In this document: piece after piece, positions 24,650-25,591 of the stretch
Numbering within the stretch: the first letter of the stretch is position 1
Layout: every line of letters starts with the position of its first letter
Notes under the pieces: model-generated
Told to the model about the DNA's origin: nothing
What the model saw: the letters and a program-made list of their open reading frames with translations, nothing else
Database searches by the model: none
Source of the DNA: a virus
Length of the DNA stretch: 25,591 nucleotides
Virus record (IMG/VR): IMGVR_UViG_3300045988_170515
Direction: 5' to 3' (one strand)
Made by a program: the position numbers and the translations under genes

Positions 24650-24859
24650 ATGACCGTAAAAACAAGACTCTGGCTCAAAGCCGCCGGCATCCGTGCCGTT
24701 AAAACAATCGCTCAGACTGCCGTTGCAACTATCGGCACGTCCGCTGTACTCGGTGATGTTAATTGGATTGCAGTAGCATCTGCTTCCGTGCTTGCCGGTA
24801 TCCTCTCGCTGCTCACCAGCATTGCAGGCCTGCCGGAGATTCGACAAGCAGAGGACTAA
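24650..24859 (+). CDS. Holin (r1t-like pattern)
   Basis: ATG at 24650 after [24 protein letters not shown]...[27 protein letters not shown] gives two TM segments. 69 aa. Confidence 0.72.
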   Translation: MTVKTRLWLKAAGIRAVKTIAQTAVATIGTSAVLGDVNWIAVASASVLAGILSLLTSIAGLPEIRQAED

Positions 24860-24878
24860 TTAATCACGAACTCACCCT

Positions 24879-24929
24879 GCGTCCACAAATTGCAATGCTT
24901 TACAGTTTGCGGACGCATTTTTTGTTTTT
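24879..24929 (+). terminator. Intrinsic terminator ending the late operon
   Basis: Stem gcgtccacaaa / tttgcggacgc (one mismatch), followed by TTTTTTGTTTTT, 20 nt after the holin stop. Confidence 0.8.
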
Positions 24930-24977
24930 AGCTTTATGAATTCGGTTAAATATATTTGCGTTTTCAACAAAAAAGAC

Positions 24978-25006
24978 TTGACTTTTGCTCGACCATATGT
25001 TAGAAT
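24978..25006 (+). promoter_or_regulatory. Strong sigma-70 promoter of the moron locus
   Basis: TTGACT, 17-nt spacer, TAGAAT with an extended -10 TGT. An A/T-rich stretch lies upstream. Confidence 0.65.
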
Positions 25007-25062
25007 ATAATCACGGTAAGAAACTACCGTAGTACCGGGGCAGGACGAGAAAGGAGGAAAGC

Positions 25063-25182
25063 ATGGAATGTATGACGGATTTTCAATTCAAAGCAGTTAT
25101 CCGCATGGTGATGACAATCATCAAAGACAGCGAAAGCAAAGAAGAAATACTGAAAAAGCTGGAAGCCCTATTGGATAAATAA
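25063..25182 (+). CDS. 39-aa helical micro-protein (moron)
   Basis: AAAGGAGGAAA lies 3 nt before the ATG. Translates MECMTDFQFKAVIRMVMTIIKDSESKEEILKKLEALLDK. Below the ORF-track cutoff. Confidence 0.55.
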   Translation: MECMTDFQFKAVIRMVMTIIKDSESKEEILKKLEALLDK

Positions 25183-25201
25183 GTAAGGCAACCAGCTACC
25201 A

Positions 25202-25237
25202 CACGAACGGGGCGGAACTTGCCGCCGCCCTTTCGTG
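25202..25237. other. 36-bp GC-rich imperfect palindrome (hairpin without U-tract; attP or attenuator candidate)
   Basis: cacgaa..gggcgg..ccgccc..ttcgtg dyad. No T-run follows on either strand. Confidence 0.35.
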
Positions 25238-25303
25238 CCTACATTGTATCATGTCTTGCCCCGTAAATCAAGAGAGGACGTGATTATTATCGGCGAGAAA
25301 AAA

Positions 25304-25468
25304 ATGGGACGGCCCACAGATAACCCGCGCACCGAGAAAATCGGCTTTCGCCTGTCAAAGCAGGAGATCGAAGATATTGAGAAGTGCGCGGCTGCTATGG
25401 GAACGCAGCGCGTGAATGCTGTAACCGAAGGCATTCGATTGCTGAAAAAAGAACTGGGCTTGGAGTAA
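25304..25468 (+). CDS. Small ribbon-helix-helix (CopG-like) DNA-binding protein
   Basis: MGRPTDNPRTEKIGFRLSKQEIEDIEKCAAAMGTQRVNAVTEGIRLLKKEL fits a beta-strand, helix, helix pattern. The start is uncertain (weak RBS; track GTG at 25235). Confidence 0.6.
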   Translation: MGRPTDNPRTEKIGFRLSKQEIEDIEKCAAAMGTQRVNAVTEGIRLLKKELGLE

Positions 25469-25472
25469 GCCA

Positions 25473-25591
25473 AAGAAAAGCGGCTGTTGCTTGATGCAAC
25501 AGCCGTGAACTTTATCTCTCAAACACCAACCCGAACGTTTCTTTGATGAAAAACACCTGCGGTTCGTATTTGAGCTGCTTTGGTGGAGCAT
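25473..25591. repeat. Second copy of the 119-bp terminal overlap
   Basis: Exact copy of 1-119. Confidence 0.9.

Noticed and set aside
1-25591. CRISPR arrays, tRNA/tmRNA/rRNA genes, IS elements, reverse transcriptase / DGR or retron components
   Set aside because: - No repeat-spacer periodicity was seen.
- No cloverleaf-like segments stood out in the few non-coding gaps.
- No transposase or RT motif (YxDD) appeared in any frame I read.
- A tRNAscan or Infernal run would be needed to exclude small RNAs formally.

Overview
The window is one complete, circularly closed temperate tailed-phage genome. Bases 1-119 are identical to 25473-25591, so the unique unit is 25,472 bp.

Minus-strand lysogeny operon (40-4676): XRE repressor, DEDDh exonuclease-BRCT, a 41-aa micro-ORF, a membrane-anchored HIRAN-like/BRCT protein and a large serine integrase.

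Plus strand:
- a switch region with apparently face-to-face promoters
- small early genes and a 195-bp highly structured non-coding block
- an HUH rolling-circle Rep, the only recognisable replication gene
- a sigma-r4/RinA-like late activator
- an HNH / terS / terL / HK97-type portal-protease-capsid module
- head-tail joining genes, phi13-type major tail protein and a frameshifted tail chaperone
- a repeat-rich 1085-aa tape measure, then Dit, Tal, a fibre-like protein and a discoidin-like protein
- NlpC/P60 endolysin, two membrane/holin proteins and a promoter-bearing moron

Strong GGAGG ribosome-binding sites and the gene families suggest a Firmicutes/Clostridia host, but this is not proven.

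The most interesting candidate is the lysogeny-strand pair of BRCT proteins, one a membrane-tethered HIRAN-like protein and the other a 3'-5' exonuclease. It sits in the classical superinfection-exclusion position between repressor and integrase.

All domain calls are by-eye motif recognition; no searches were run.
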